A stretch of 64,000 nucleotides of DNA from contig NW_027191415.1 in NCBI RefSeq assembly GCF_041146345.1, positions 248,001-312,000 of the forward strand, written 5' to 3'. The notes under the pieces were generated by a model. The model did no database searches and was not told where the DNA came from. It saw only the letters and a program-made list of their open reading frames with translations. A program made the translations under genes and the position numbers. Shown piece after piece: positions 38,851-51,584 of this stretch (position 1 is the stretch's first letter; each line of letters opens with the position of its first letter). Source of the stretch: Neodothiora populina (taxonomy: Eukaryota).

Positions 38851-39697
38851 ATGCCTCTTGACACTTCCTCGTACACGCTTGCGCATTTGCGCCTGGATGG
38901 AAGGAGATGGAACGAATTGCGACGCATGAGTGGTCAGATCAGCACCCAGGCCGCCGCTGATGGATCGAGTTATCTAGAGATGGGAAATACAAAAGTCATC
39001 TGCACAATTCAGGGACCGGTAGAGTCAAGAAGAGGTGGCGGAAGTGCACAAAATGCAGAGGCGAAGATTGAGGTCGAGATCAACCTCGCGGGCTTCAGTG
39101 GTATTGAAAGGAAGCGACGTGGCAAGGGCGACAAGTGAGTTGGATGCAGAGATTCGAGACTTCTGAACCACCTTATCTTATATGTGTCCATTGTTCAATT
39201 GCATTCTGATCCATTTTAGGCGCACGTCGGAGATGCAGCACACAATAGCATCTGCGTTTGCCTCAACGTTGTCGACAAATCTATATCCTCACTCTACCAT
39301 CACGATCAATCTGCACATTCTCTCCCAGGATGGTTCGCCATTGGCGGCATGTATTAATGCTGCAACTCTAGCGCTCATCGATGCGGGTATTCCCATGACA
39401 GACTACATAGCAGCCTGTACTGCTGGAAGCACTGCTTCTTATGCCTCGAACGACGAGGAAGCAGATCCGCTATTGGATCTCAATGGGCAGGAAGAGCAAG
39501 AGCTTCCTTTTCTCACCGTTGGCACACTTGGTACAGAAGACAAAATCAGCGTTTTGATGATGGAGACCAGAGTACAAACTTCGCGTCTCGAGGCAATGAT
39601 CGCTGTGGGTCTGGATGGATGTCGTCAAATCCGCTCTATGTTGGACAACATTGTACGAGCGCATGGGAATGACTTGCTACAGAAGTCTACGACATGA
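38851..39697 (+). CDS. RRP41: Exosome complex RNase PH-like subunit Rrp41/Ski6; intron 39135-39219
   Basis: LRLDGRRWNELR, ADGSSYLEMGNTKVIC, LYPHSTI.I.LHILSQDGS, INAATLALIDAGIPM, PLLDLNGQEE. Confidence 0.93.
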
Positions 39698-39796
39698 AAT
39701 TCGTGAAGATTCATCGCTATGCTATGCCAAGGTTGTTGATATCATAAAGGTCGTGGGCATGGAGGTTCTCTGTTCGAACACCATTCATGGAGCTCC

Positions 39797-41345
39797 TCAA
39801 GTCTCCGATTTCTTCGCCAAAACAGCAATACCTTTTCCGAGTACGCTATCGTCGTCGGTGGTGCATCCCGCTTCAAGATCTACATCTCCATAGATCAGGG
39901 TGATCGTATGGCGTCTCTCACTCTTGGACGTGCTGGCCGCCGTAGCTGCACTGACGCTACGAATGCCTTGGGTACCCGATGCATCGGGGTTTGGCGACGA
40001 GATGGACACTGGGGCAGGTGCCTGCTGCACTGCTTTTGAGTCGCGCTGGGACTCAGTATCTGATGAGGTGGCCCAGTGAAGGACTGCGACGGTCAAGAGG
40101 ACTGATATATGTAAGCGTCTAGTCGGGAAGGAGGATACGGCTCTCGTCCTACTTACTGTCAAGATTGCATAACATAAGACACATCCAGCCTGGCTCTTGT
40201 TCGAAAGCAGCTAGAGTTGACAGGTTCAGACACATGGTTAAAGTAGTGATGCAGGCGCCGACGGTTGTTCGGAAAGCCATTCGGCGCAGACCTCGATTTG
40301 ATGAGCAGTATCTGTAGGCGTACATTTCTAATGGCCCTGTCAGCGATGTTTCACGCTTGAACTGTTGTATGTATACTTACTTCGCAGGGGGGCCAAGCAT
40401 AATGCAGTCAAGTAGACCTGAAGGTAGACAGTTAGTACAGACTATACCTCACATGTACTGTATTTCATCTACTCACGTTTAACATGACCTCATATGCGGT
40501 TATTGAGACCAGAACTCGCCTATCCAAGCCTATCTTGCAGACTCCCTCGGTGTCAATATCTGCGAGTCGACTACAACAGGTTAGAATCTGACTGAAAAGC
40601 TTCGTGGACGTATAGCTTGATGCATGGTTAAGTACGTCCAGCTTATGTCGACTGTTTTCTTGACCTCGCAGGATGCGAAAAGAGCGGCAACTTACTAGTA
40701 GAAAGCGCATACACCCATGATGACATACGGTCCCAAAACGACGATAGCGTTGAAGAGCCAAAGCTTGCTGTGAAATCTTGACTTGTTCTGGTGGCGTATG
40801 ATGTGCTGTAATCAATGAGTAAGACGTTCCTGCTTCTATATGATAACCATCAACTTACAACTTTCTCCACGAAGAAGTAGTAAAGAAGCTATGCGAGAGA
40901 TGTCAGATTAGGTTCAATATCAATTCCCGGCAAAACAAAACCTACCACTTTCGTGGAGAGATAGAATGCTATGCCTATCCTCGCAGGTCAGTCTCTGATG
41001 GTCTTATGTCTTACAGTTGGTGAATTACTTACATCCTAGCGCTGCATCGTCACATATCTTGAAGGACGCATTCAACTCGAATCCTTTCTCCAATATCATG
41101 GTGCTGAAGGTGAAGAGTATTGAATCGATATAGATCGCAAGGATGAGCCAGCCAGCCAAGGGTAGAGTCCGCCATGATTGAATACGCTGTACGCGGTGGG
41201 CTGTCTGTAAATTAATGTGTGTCCTCGAAAACCAGAAAAGGTTGTTTGACGTACTCATGCAGAAAGTGAGAATTACAATGGTCACTATGAAGAGACAGGA
41301 CGTCACAATTCTCCCAGACGCCGGGACAGGTTTTGTCATATCCAT
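39797..41345 (-). CDS. Seven-transmembrane, GPCR-like fungal membrane protein; 9 exons including micro-exons 40974-40946, 40888-40859, 40417-40381
   Basis: Eight GT-AG introns join into one stop-free frame with seven hydrophobic segments and a polar C-tail. Confidence 0.75.
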
Positions 41346-41481
41346 GATGCTGGATATTTTCGAATGTAGTAGAGTGTTGGATGAGTAGTGGTGCTCGTGA
41401 AGAGGACAGGAGCCCTCCTGCTCATTTGCATGGTGGACCACTTTGTATATATGACAGAAGGCATGTTTCAGATACGGATTG

Positions 41482-41537
41482 CTTCAACCACGGTTTGCCT
41501 CGTGTGTGACTTCAACCACGGTCTGCCTCGTGTGTGA
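41482..41537. repeat. 28-bp tandem duplication with one mismatch
   Basis: CTTCAACCACGGT(T/C)TGCCTCGTGTGTGA at 41482-41509 and 41510-41537. Confidence 0.95.
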
Positions 41538-44064
41538 TGTATATTCTGTCGTATCATAGCTTATGGACACAATAGCCTTCAATGAGAGTTCGCCACGGTC
41601 TCATAACGAAGTGCATCTCGGGCATCAGGTATGCTGGAGAGCCTCGTTCGGAAGCCACGTTCGGTAAGGGTAGAGTAGGCTTGGTTCAGGGCCAATAAAT
41701 GCCCGGCTGCATGAACCATTCTGTCGACCATCAATACCACAGCACATCTCGACCGAGGCATGAACTACGCGTTCGGCTTATGGACCGGCGTCCCAGCGTA
41801 CTTCATCATAAATGTGCTGCGTACTATAACGTCTTCATCGCACGCGAAGGGAGGAGAGCAAACCGTCCCCACGTGCCGTGTCTCTCATCGCGCAACGGGT
41901 TATCGATAATGCCAACGGTCAGGCTGCAAACTGTGTGTGCTCCTCGATAATGCAGTGAGTTCATCTATTACTCTGTCAGCTATATTGTGTTTAGACTTGC
42001 CTTATGATAGCTTCCTTCATGACAAGCAGCAGATACGAGATAGGCGGGCTTATAACGTCATACATGAATCGCTATTTTATATCGCATGGCTGTTGTAAAT
42101 GCTCAAATCATACGACATCGTCTGTTAAGCAAAAAGGACACAATGTATACATAGCGTAGAGATGGACAGGTCTGAGTACAGACTCGATACCGACCACCTA
42201 GAACATTCATAGCAATCATATGTGCTCGCTTGCCTATCCCATTGCTATGTCTATGTAAGTACCTTCCATGTCGAGTTTGTGAATGGCGACGTGCCATGAA
42301 GCTAAGTATCGTGATTGTTCAATCCCACGTGGCGAACGAGCTCTTGTTGTTTCGTTCGAGGCCTGGTCATAGGCTGGCTCTTCGTGCGCCGTTCAGCTGC
42401 ACCCTTGACCATATAGAGGACGTGGTATATTGTAGATAGTGGTGCGCTCTACCTGGATCAGGATGTCTCAGGCTCTGCATCATCCACGAGTTACTAGTAG
42501 AAAATTGTCTCGGGACAGACCTACGTTGAGCCAAACGCCAGACTGATGGGGCCCCCTGCAGTCCAGCGAGAAGGACCGCCCCCGTTTCCCGTTAGTGAAG
42601 TCCTTTGTCGCCTCCCGGAGTTGTTCCATCCAGGCGAAGGTATATCCGCGTCCTGTCACTGCCCATAAGGCTGCATACATATAGGTGTGTGTATGTGTGT
42701 GTGTTTAATGCAGAAAACAGTGGCAGGAGTTGAAATCTGCGTCCAGTCACACTGTCTTGTACATCCCCTTCTGGAGCTCTCAGGTCACCAAAGCTGTCCT
42801 TGACCCACCTCCTATCTTTTATCTCTTTACTTGCCTTGACACAGCATCCAAATCTTATCTATCGAATCACCGTGAGCGCAGGCGACCGTTTCACACATCA
42901 TGAACCGAATTATTCCAGCGCAGTGGGTCTGCTGGCTAAGTTCCCCAAGTCTCACCTCCCCAACCGCCAGTAGACCAGACACGGCAATGAGCAACACTTG
43001 CCAAAAACAAGTAGGTGCAGTCGAGAGCTGACCTCTGACCATAATTCTAGCTGTGATTCGACGAAGAAGAACCATCGGGACTTTGCCCCATTCTTTTGAA
43101 TACGAATGCAATCCCTCCATAAGGCAGGTGCATGATCCTTGGTTGACTATATTGCACCCAGTCAATGAATAAGACATATAGGTAGATCATCTGCAGTGAC
43201 ATTCATTCTTCTCCGGGACTTCGGCATCTCGGTATACATGCTACTCTACTTCGTCCATCACACCCCACATAGTCCCACTTACCGAGGCACAAGTCTCATT
43301 GCCGTCACGCCGCTCACGGTAGATATGGGTGTTTTCATGGGAGCCGTACTTCTCCATTTCTGAATTCCCCCGGCTAATGCTCCTGCAAGAACGAGCCGTG
43401 AACGTTGAGTGGCCCAGCTTCACGGAATCCGGCAGTGGTTCCTCTCAGACGAACGACGGCAGTACCATAGATGCCCCCAATAATCAATGGACGACACCTT
43501 CGACGCTGGGAGTCCGTCGGTGTTAGACCCCGACATTCCGCGCTACAGGCCTGTTGGCCACCAGATCTGGGGCTGGACCTGCCACGAATTTATCTTGTCT
43601 TTGTCCAGCATTCATATAGCGCGTGATTACTGCTTTGGAAGCAGGCTGAAACATAGATAATTATAGAGGAACATTTCTTCTGGGAGACTTGCTATATAAT
43701 CGTATTGCTTCGTCAGCGACGTAGATGTCACATTGACGAAGTATTGTTGTTGCTTACCTTCGAGAAGGTTGTGAGTGTTTCCACTGAGAACCATTGGAGT
43801 GATTTCGAGTTTTTCCCGATGTGATGCTGGCATGTCACTTGATAGGATTGCGAGAATTCGAGGGCGACCCTGTCTTTGTCGGAACGTTTGCCAGTACCTA
43901 TTGAAGCGTTTTGACACAGCCTTATATCAGGCCCATAGGCCGCTGAGATTATTTCACTACCGTTCGAAGTGGCATAAACAGAGGGAAGCTGTCCCAAGTG
44001 CTTCTTCTGAGATGAATTGATGGAAAGAACCGGCAGTAGCTATCTAAACTATGGTAGCACGTGC

Positions 44065-47000
44065 TCACACCGGAGCTTCATCCATGTCATGGTCTTCGTG
44101 TTCATCGTTATCATAGTCATCATCATCATTCTCATCAGACTTCGGTCCGTTCCCATCCCTTGCGTCCTCATCACCTGCCCCGCGCACCTCAAGCACTTTG
44201 ATAGCTTCGGCGGCCGCCTTGACTTCAGCTTCATCAGGGTGCCTGCATCCTCCAACCTTGACTACCTCCTTGTCCCCAATCCTGACCGTGCATTCAAAGA
44301 TTCTTTCATCTGTGGCGTCGGGAATTGTCGCCTTCTTCAGATCGTAGTGTACTCTCTCCTTGTCGGCTAAGATACCAAGTCTCTCCTTTGGATGACGAAC
44401 TTCGGGATGTTCGTTGAGGAATCGTCGCATCAGCTTCATGAGTCCAATATGTTCCATGAAGTCAGCGCACGCTACGGCAGAGCCATGGGTGTCGATGTAG
44501 ATTGCTCCAAGCACAGACTCGATCATATCAGAGAAGAATTTCGGCGGGTGAAGCTCGTAGAGTAGCGACCATGGATACTCTTTTCCTTCCCCAAGCTCCT
44601 TGAGTAGATGTAGACGTAGATCTTTGTGCTTCGACAGAGCAGCGCTACGTTGCGCAGACACGGCCGAGTCACAACGGAGGAAATCCGCCAGACAATATGA
44701 GTGCCAGGAAGGTGCGATCTCGAAGTGGGTAGTGCTATTTGCGCTTCTGACCACATCGTTTCTCTCTTGCGCAACAGTAAGCTCCATGCACAGAAAGCCC
44801 AGAAGGTGTGCATTCACGACCGATTGTTTGAGCTGATGCATTTCGTGGTTCTTGCGTGGTGGCGTGTAACGAAAAAGCTCTGGCACGATGATCTGGTCCA
44901 GTACAGCATCGCCTAGGAACTCAAGCCTTTCGTAGCAGAGGGTTGAGCTGTTCTTTGTCGACGCATGTGTTGTCGCTTCAAGGAGCAATAGTGGGGTCGC
45001 GAAGTGATAATCAACTATCTCTTCCACAAGCTCCGAGTTTGGCAAGTCTCCTCTTGGGCCGGCATTGAAGAGCGCTCCGTGAGCCTCATCAGGTGTGGTC
45101 CATATCTCATCCGGTAGGAATATTCGGATGCACTCCAGTGCTCCAGCGATGCCCTTTTCATGATATGATGCCCCTATCAGTGCCTCTACAACGTCTGCGA
45201 GGGTCTTGGTAGAACGAGGCACCTTCTCCTCTGTTGTCATTGTACAGTCCGATATATAGGGTGGTTGCCACTTATGGGCAGTGAACATGGTAGTTGTGAT
45301 GAATCTGTCCACTCCGGTCCTCATAGCTGCCTTCGCCAGAGAAGCATTTCTGTTGGTACGGCCTTTATCAGAAGTCAAAAAGCTCTCTGGCCAGAATGGG
45401 TGCTGGGCCATTAGTTGAACATGAGTACAAAACTTTAGTACCGAGTCTCCAAGAAATTCTAGACGCTCGTAGTTACGTTCGGCATTCGCTGATGACGAAG
45501 TGGTTGATTCCATGAGTAAATCCAGGTTGGTGATAGAGACAGGTCGTAAGATAGTTTCTTGAAGTTCTCTCGCTATCAAAGTATTTTCCACATGGTGTAA
45601 GATACTCGGGATACATGCTGCAGCAAAAGCATAGCGTGACGGTAGAACATCCATGGTACAATCATCGAGCGCCAACTCGACGGCAGCAGCGCTCTCATTG
45701 GAGGACTGTACATATGGTCGACGTAAAAAGCTCCGACTTTTGGGGAACTTTCTTGCGTACACAATGGGGTTCAGAGAGCTGTCTGAAGCCAGGACCATTC
45801 GATCAAATATAAAGGCTCTGCCAATTTGTCCCTTGACCCTCAGAAGTCCGAAGTCTTTTTCAGAGACTGTGTGAGGGAGATCCAATAACGACTTCGAGGC
45901 ATTCGCTTTCACCTGGCTTGCGTCATAGCCATAAGGTTGGAACAGCGCAGCGAAGTCACTGCGGCTGTAATCAATGCGACCTGATTGGTAAATGCTCGCG
46001 AGCAAGGTCAGTGTTTCTCTCCTAGCAGTGTTCCTCTGTGCCGGTCCTTCCATCTGGTCAGGTTCGCCAGGCAGTATAGTAGCAGCGCCATGACGATTCC
46101 CACTCCAAAACAGGCGGAGTTGAGGAATATCCCTACACTCCAATGGTAAATGCATCAAAAGCTCTCCAAACGTCTCCCCTGCGATATCGATCTGGACACT
46201 GCTACTTGACCACTTTTGTTGATCATATACGTGCAACGACCATGGATTGAGCCTCGGCAGGACCATAACCATCGATGGCTGTGACGTGGTCTCGCCAGGA
46301 ATATCCTCATACCTCGTGCGCAGGGGTAGTAAGTTGTCATTGACCAGGCCTGCTTTATGGAGCGCAATGTAGGCCACGAATGCCGCGTCTGCCATGGCAC
46401 CACGTTCAGTTCTAAAAGGTCGTGAGCTCCTTGTTCTCCTGAGATCTTGATGGACCGCCGCAGGCAATTCTACGTCGGAAACCACCATTTTAGTTGAGGC
46501 GTCTTCCCGACAGGAAAATACAGGCCTTAGATCACAGTGGCTAGCGGTCAGTAACGTTGCGCAGAAGTGATACAAGTGTGACTTTGCATTTTGGCTTGTA
46601 AGTACTGCGCTGCGAATCTAGTCAGTGTGATGCGGAGGCGAAGCGTATGACAAACTTGCCCTGTGGAAGGAATTGTATAGGACTCAGAATCGAAATCGGT
46701 TTGTCCTTCCATCTCATACGCAAGCTGTGCGTTGCGGAGATCACTTGTATACGCAGCTTTCATCCTCTCCTCTAAATCTTGCCATTTGGCTGGATCGGCT
46801 TTTCTATCACTGTCGTCAAGCAGTACGATGTATCTTGAGTCTTGTTTCCTTGCTCTACCTCGACGTTGAACGAAGGAGACCAGGTTCATCGGCGGATCAA
46901 AACATATCACTGTCTGACACGAGGAAACGTCGATTCCTTCCTCAAGCACACTTGTCGCAACAATGAGATTCTTCTTGCCAGACTGGAAGAGTTCCAGATC

Positions 47001-48674
47001 TTGTTGCTGGTCTGTGATCTCAACGACATCGCCAATGTTTTGTGAATATCTGGCTGAGGATGCGCTACCGACGTACGTCCCTATGTTGAACGAGGTAGCT
47101 GTCAGCGTTTGAGTCGAGATTACATGGGCTAATGCTGCGACTGTGGAGCGTTGCTCAGCAAATATGATGCCCGTGAAGGATGGGCCAGCTTCACGATGCA
47201 AGATATCCAATAAAAGTTGGGTCTTCGGAGTTAGATTGGTGTCTGGTATGCAAGGATCCAAGTAGGCCTGCGAGTTGATGCGATCCAGGACGGTCGCGAG
47301 GTGATGCTTTTCCTTCTCCGCAAGATCAGGCATCCAGTGGTTATCAGCATGGCTCATAGCTCGATGCATGCGGTCCAAGCACGTATCGAAATACCATTTC
47401 AGTGCAGCAGATCCGATATTCTGTAAGATGACATTCATCCGAATCCACAACGATTTCAGTTGTTTATAGCAGTATGTCTTGCGGCTCATTCGGATGTCCG
47501 CTATCTTAGCCATCGCAGATGCCTCAATACTTGATTTGAGAGCTTGAACGTAGGGGTCATTCTCGATATCATACTCCCTGAGAGCCTGCCGATAGCAGAC
47601 ATAAAGCGGGGATTGTGACCCATCGTACTCGGGTGTAGAGCAATAGAAGTGCTTCTGCAATTCAGGAATGTGTACGTACTGCATCAGTTCAGTTCTACAA
47701 CGTTTCGGGGTGCACGCGTGGCTGTCAAGGTTCCTTTCAAGTGTCCTGACACCAGTATAGTCAGCTTAGCATCAGCATTGAGTCTCGATCATCATACTCT
47801 AGCCCACCGGATTTAGCATTGACAACGGGGCTGGCACTCAAGCCCAGAATGTGCGGGACGGCTTGCGATCTGCTTTTCGCTGGATAGTAAAAGTTTTGCA
47901 TTATCAAGTTCGCCGGGTGTTCCTGCTTGCAGTGGTGGGCTTTCTCAAGTCAGACAAGGACATTTCAGGTAAATGGTATGACTACCTTCGTCGAAAACAC
48001 ACAGTGCTAATCGAGATATTGGCACAAAGCCATGAGTAAGAGCATCAAGAAGGACCGCATAAGTCGATATGACGATTCGAACATTGGCGAGGGTAGCGTC
48101 CCATAGACTCTGTTCAGTCCATAGATCATATTCGTCTTCTCCACTCAGCATGCGTATCTGATACTCCGGTAAATTCGTCCGGAAGGACTTGCTATGTTGC
48201 AGGCACAAGGCCACTGTTGTCAATTAGCGCTCATTGCGATATGTATGAGTATGGAAGACGTTCCTGTAGGTGCCATGAACCACGCGAGCTAAGAAGTTAT
48301 CAGTCACATCTCCTTAATGGATCAAAGTATAGGGACACCTCACCTTGTCGTTGTCACAGGATTCGAGTTCCGCTCTGATGCGAGCCATTGCACTATTTTG
48401 GGTCAACTTCCGTGTAGGCTTTCAGATTTTCGGAACCATATATTACAGAGGACCAATCTGATGCAATGCACACTTACATCTGCGTCTTCCCCGCCCCTGT
48501 ATCAAGGACGACGATGGTATTATGTCTCAAGCTTTCTTCCAGCATCTCGTCCTGGTAAGATCTCAGCCGGAGCTGCCCACCGTGAGCAGCTTGTTCTATA
48601 TCTGCCGTAACCAAGCCAGGTTGTCCAGTATCCATTTCCAAAGAACCATGAGGACTGAAGCTGCTTGCATCCAT
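44065..48674 (-). CDS. DCL2: Dicer-like protein 2; introns 48477-48393, 48343-48289, 48263-48214 (GA-AG), 47985-47940, 47797-47746, 46659-46610 (GC-AG)
   Basis: [50 protein letters not shown], dimerisation domain HLYHFC, two RNase III signatures ([20 protein letters not shown] and [20 protein letters not shown]), and a C-terminal dsRBD. No PAZ domain recognised, consistent with DCL2. Confidence 0.9.
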
Positions 48675-49117
48675 GTTTTTGAGCTGAGTCTGCAAGGATG
48701 TGACAAGCTGAGAGTGTTCAAATGCTGGCTGACGTACTTAGAGACGTGTTTGAACAGCGAATTATGCCCAAGTTTCATGCACAATGTCAGCGGGGTCGAA
48801 CGTAAGGCTGCATAGCACTGATTTGAGTATCAGCGATATGTGATTGTGAGCACCTACGGCATATGACAAGTTCAACAAAGCTATTGTACTTATCTCATCA
48901 CTTCTATACTTGAAGGATCATGATATTCAAGGTCGAAGAGAGTTGGAACATAGACTCTTATAGAATCTACAACAAAATTATTGCTACCAAAATGTTATGA
49001 AACAACGACATTACTTCCACAAAGATAAAGTCGTTACTCGAGCTGGTCCAAGCGTCAATATAGTCGTCAATCATGAATAACTAGATCATGGCAAGTTGTT
49101 CTTCCACCAAATATTTC

Positions 49118-50309
49118 TTACTCGCGCTTGCCGAATGCCTTGTCAAAGCCGGTCAAACAGAACCTGTGAGGGGTTAGCGATGCTCGAAAGGGATGTTGGA
49201 TTGAGATGTAAATACCTGAAGCGGACATCGTTCTTGGCGAGTCTCTCCAACGCTGTCTTAAGACCTTCCTCGCTGATATCGATGGTCTCGACCCAACTCT
49301 TGATGTTTTGCTTGCTGGCAAGTTCGAACATGGCAAGCATCTCAGGGCGGTTACCAATGTGTGATGCACCCAGGGCAGCACCGTTAGGGGCGAATTGCTG
49401 TGCTGACATCTGAGGCATAGGGTTGTCGCCAAATCCAACAATGTGGAACTTACCCCAGACCTTGATGATGCTGAGGTAGTCGTCCATGTTGAACTTGTCC
49501 ATTGCGTCGGCTGTGTTGATCACGAAGTCGAAAGTGAACTTGTGAGGTTCATTCCAGCCCTTCTCGTTGGTGGAGATGAAACCGTCGACGCCCATCTTCT
49601 CGGCGTCGGCCTTCTTTGAGGGGCTGTGGGAAATGGCCCACACCTCAGCGCCCATAGCCTTTGCCCACAACAGAGCAAAGTGACCAAGTCCACCAATACC
49701 AATGATACCGACCTTCTTGCCAGGACCAGCTCCAAGTCTCGAAAGAGGCGAGTAGACTGTGAGACCAGCACAAAGCATGGGGGCTGCGATGGATGTCTCA
49801 ATGTTGTCAGGAATCTTAAATGTGAAGTATTCGTGGGCTCTGATGTGCGACGCATAACCACCCTGAGAGAGTGTTCCGTCGGGGTAAGGTGCGCCGTAGG
49901 TGTCGATAGCGTTAGGGCAGTAGTTCTCCTGGTCCTGCTTGCAGTTGATACAATCCAAGTCGGCACCAATCTGAGCACCAACACCAACTCTGTCGCCAAC
50001 CTTGATGGTCTTGACAGCCTTGCCAACCTTCACTGCACGGCCAACAACTTCGTGACCGACGCAGAGAGGTAGGGGAACATCGCCCCAACCACCAGTGATG
50101 GTGTGCAAGTCAGAAGCGCAGACACCACAAGCATCGATGGCAATATCGATATCTCTGTCCTCGAATGGCTTAAGTTTGAACTGTTTAGATTGTCAATACT
50201 CGCGGCTGCACAAAATTAGATCACTCAGACTGACCTCGCCCTTCTTGAATGTCGACCACTTCTTGGTGTCGTGGATCATGAATCCCTCTGCAGTCTCCGG
50301 GTAAACCAT
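49118..50309 (-). CDS. NADP-dependent zinc alcohol dehydrogenase (ADH6/7-like); introns 50234-50181, 49215-49164
   Basis: CGVCASDLH, GHEVVG, AAPMLCAGLTVYSPL, GIGGLGH, spliced C-terminus DVRFRFCL..GKRE*. Confidence 0.94.
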
Positions 50310-51584
50310 CTTGATGAAATTTGAATGAAAATGATAGAGAGTGAAGAAAGTAAGCGTGTAATGTCTGACGGAAAAATGTAGTGAGATCTACATATCTTTA
50401 TATAACGTATGGGCCATGATAAACTTCGATCTTACCTAGCTAGGATGGGCACAGCGATAGCGGGGGGATTTGCTGACATCAGTGGGTCTTGCTACCATTA
50501 GAGTCAATAGGCTATAGTACCACTGCATGCTTTCATACAAGGATCGCATTCGACCCACACGGAAAAATATCCCATTGCTCACGTCGGTGCTTGTCAAGGA
50601 CATATCATGTTCGATGCGCTCAAGACGTTGGATTATACCAAGCACTCATACTTTCAAGTCACCTTGCTCATGCTGCATGCAATTGAGAGGCCATCACTCT
50701 CATACATTTTGTCGGCATCTGTAAACATGAACCGTCACGCCCGTTAAGACTGCGGGAGCGTCTCATAATGACGTGCGAGCAACAAAGAACATCCCACCAA
50801 TGAGATGCGTCAGATATGAGGCTCTTCCGATCTTAACGCCGGACAGGCACTGGTCCCAGCAGGTATCATGGTCATCTATCTATCTAGCCTCCCCGAACCT
50901 TAAGACCATCATGATGCGACGATTACTTTACCACGGCGTTGCTTCTGTGACACAACTAAAATGGGGACGAGCTATGATCAGAGTGCAAGGTAAAAACACA
51001 AATACCTCAATTGTGGAATCTGGACGGGTAAGGTGTGGTTACGTCTTCATGCTGTCACAATGGTTTCGAGGGAGCTCCCCCCGCACAATACGAACAAATG
51101 GTGCAAACATCCCCCCCATGTGCATTATCAGACACAGAACGACGAACAAATACAAGTACCTTAACATATTGAACCCGGTGTTGCACTATATTTGTGTTGA
51201 TTGAGATACAAAAGTCGTAGAGGTTCGTTGTGACTGCATGAACGACGGGGCTTAGGTCCTATTCACCTTCATTAGACATGACAATTCATGGATTCTGAAG
51301 AAGGAAGCTCTTTAGTGTGCCCAATTAGGGATCCCGGGCGTTCACAAGACCTGAATGATCAAAGGGTAAACCCGACGATTCAAGCAACATGTAGCATGCG
51401 GGGTTCACTGTGACAGCCTAGAAGGCTACTTTTATGTATACAGAGGTGGGGCTCGGTGAAGTTATAGCTGTGATCGACAGCTTCATCTGTGTCTCTTCAT
51501 CTATGAACATCATCGCACAGAAGACTTGTCGCATCTTGATAAGGCCAGTGCCAATTGTGGGACCACTATCCTCTATCTGTCAAT

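Noticed and set aside
41600..44000. Several 60-117 aa ORFs between the 7-TM gene and Dicer
   Set aside because: No motifs and no consistent exon chain, so treated as intergenic.
49143..49215. Intron-retained ADH isoform ending in -DRL as a cryptic peroxisomal signal
   Set aside because: DRL is not a canonical PTS1. The read-through extensions I checked (ADH at 6753, BDH) gave no PTS1 either.
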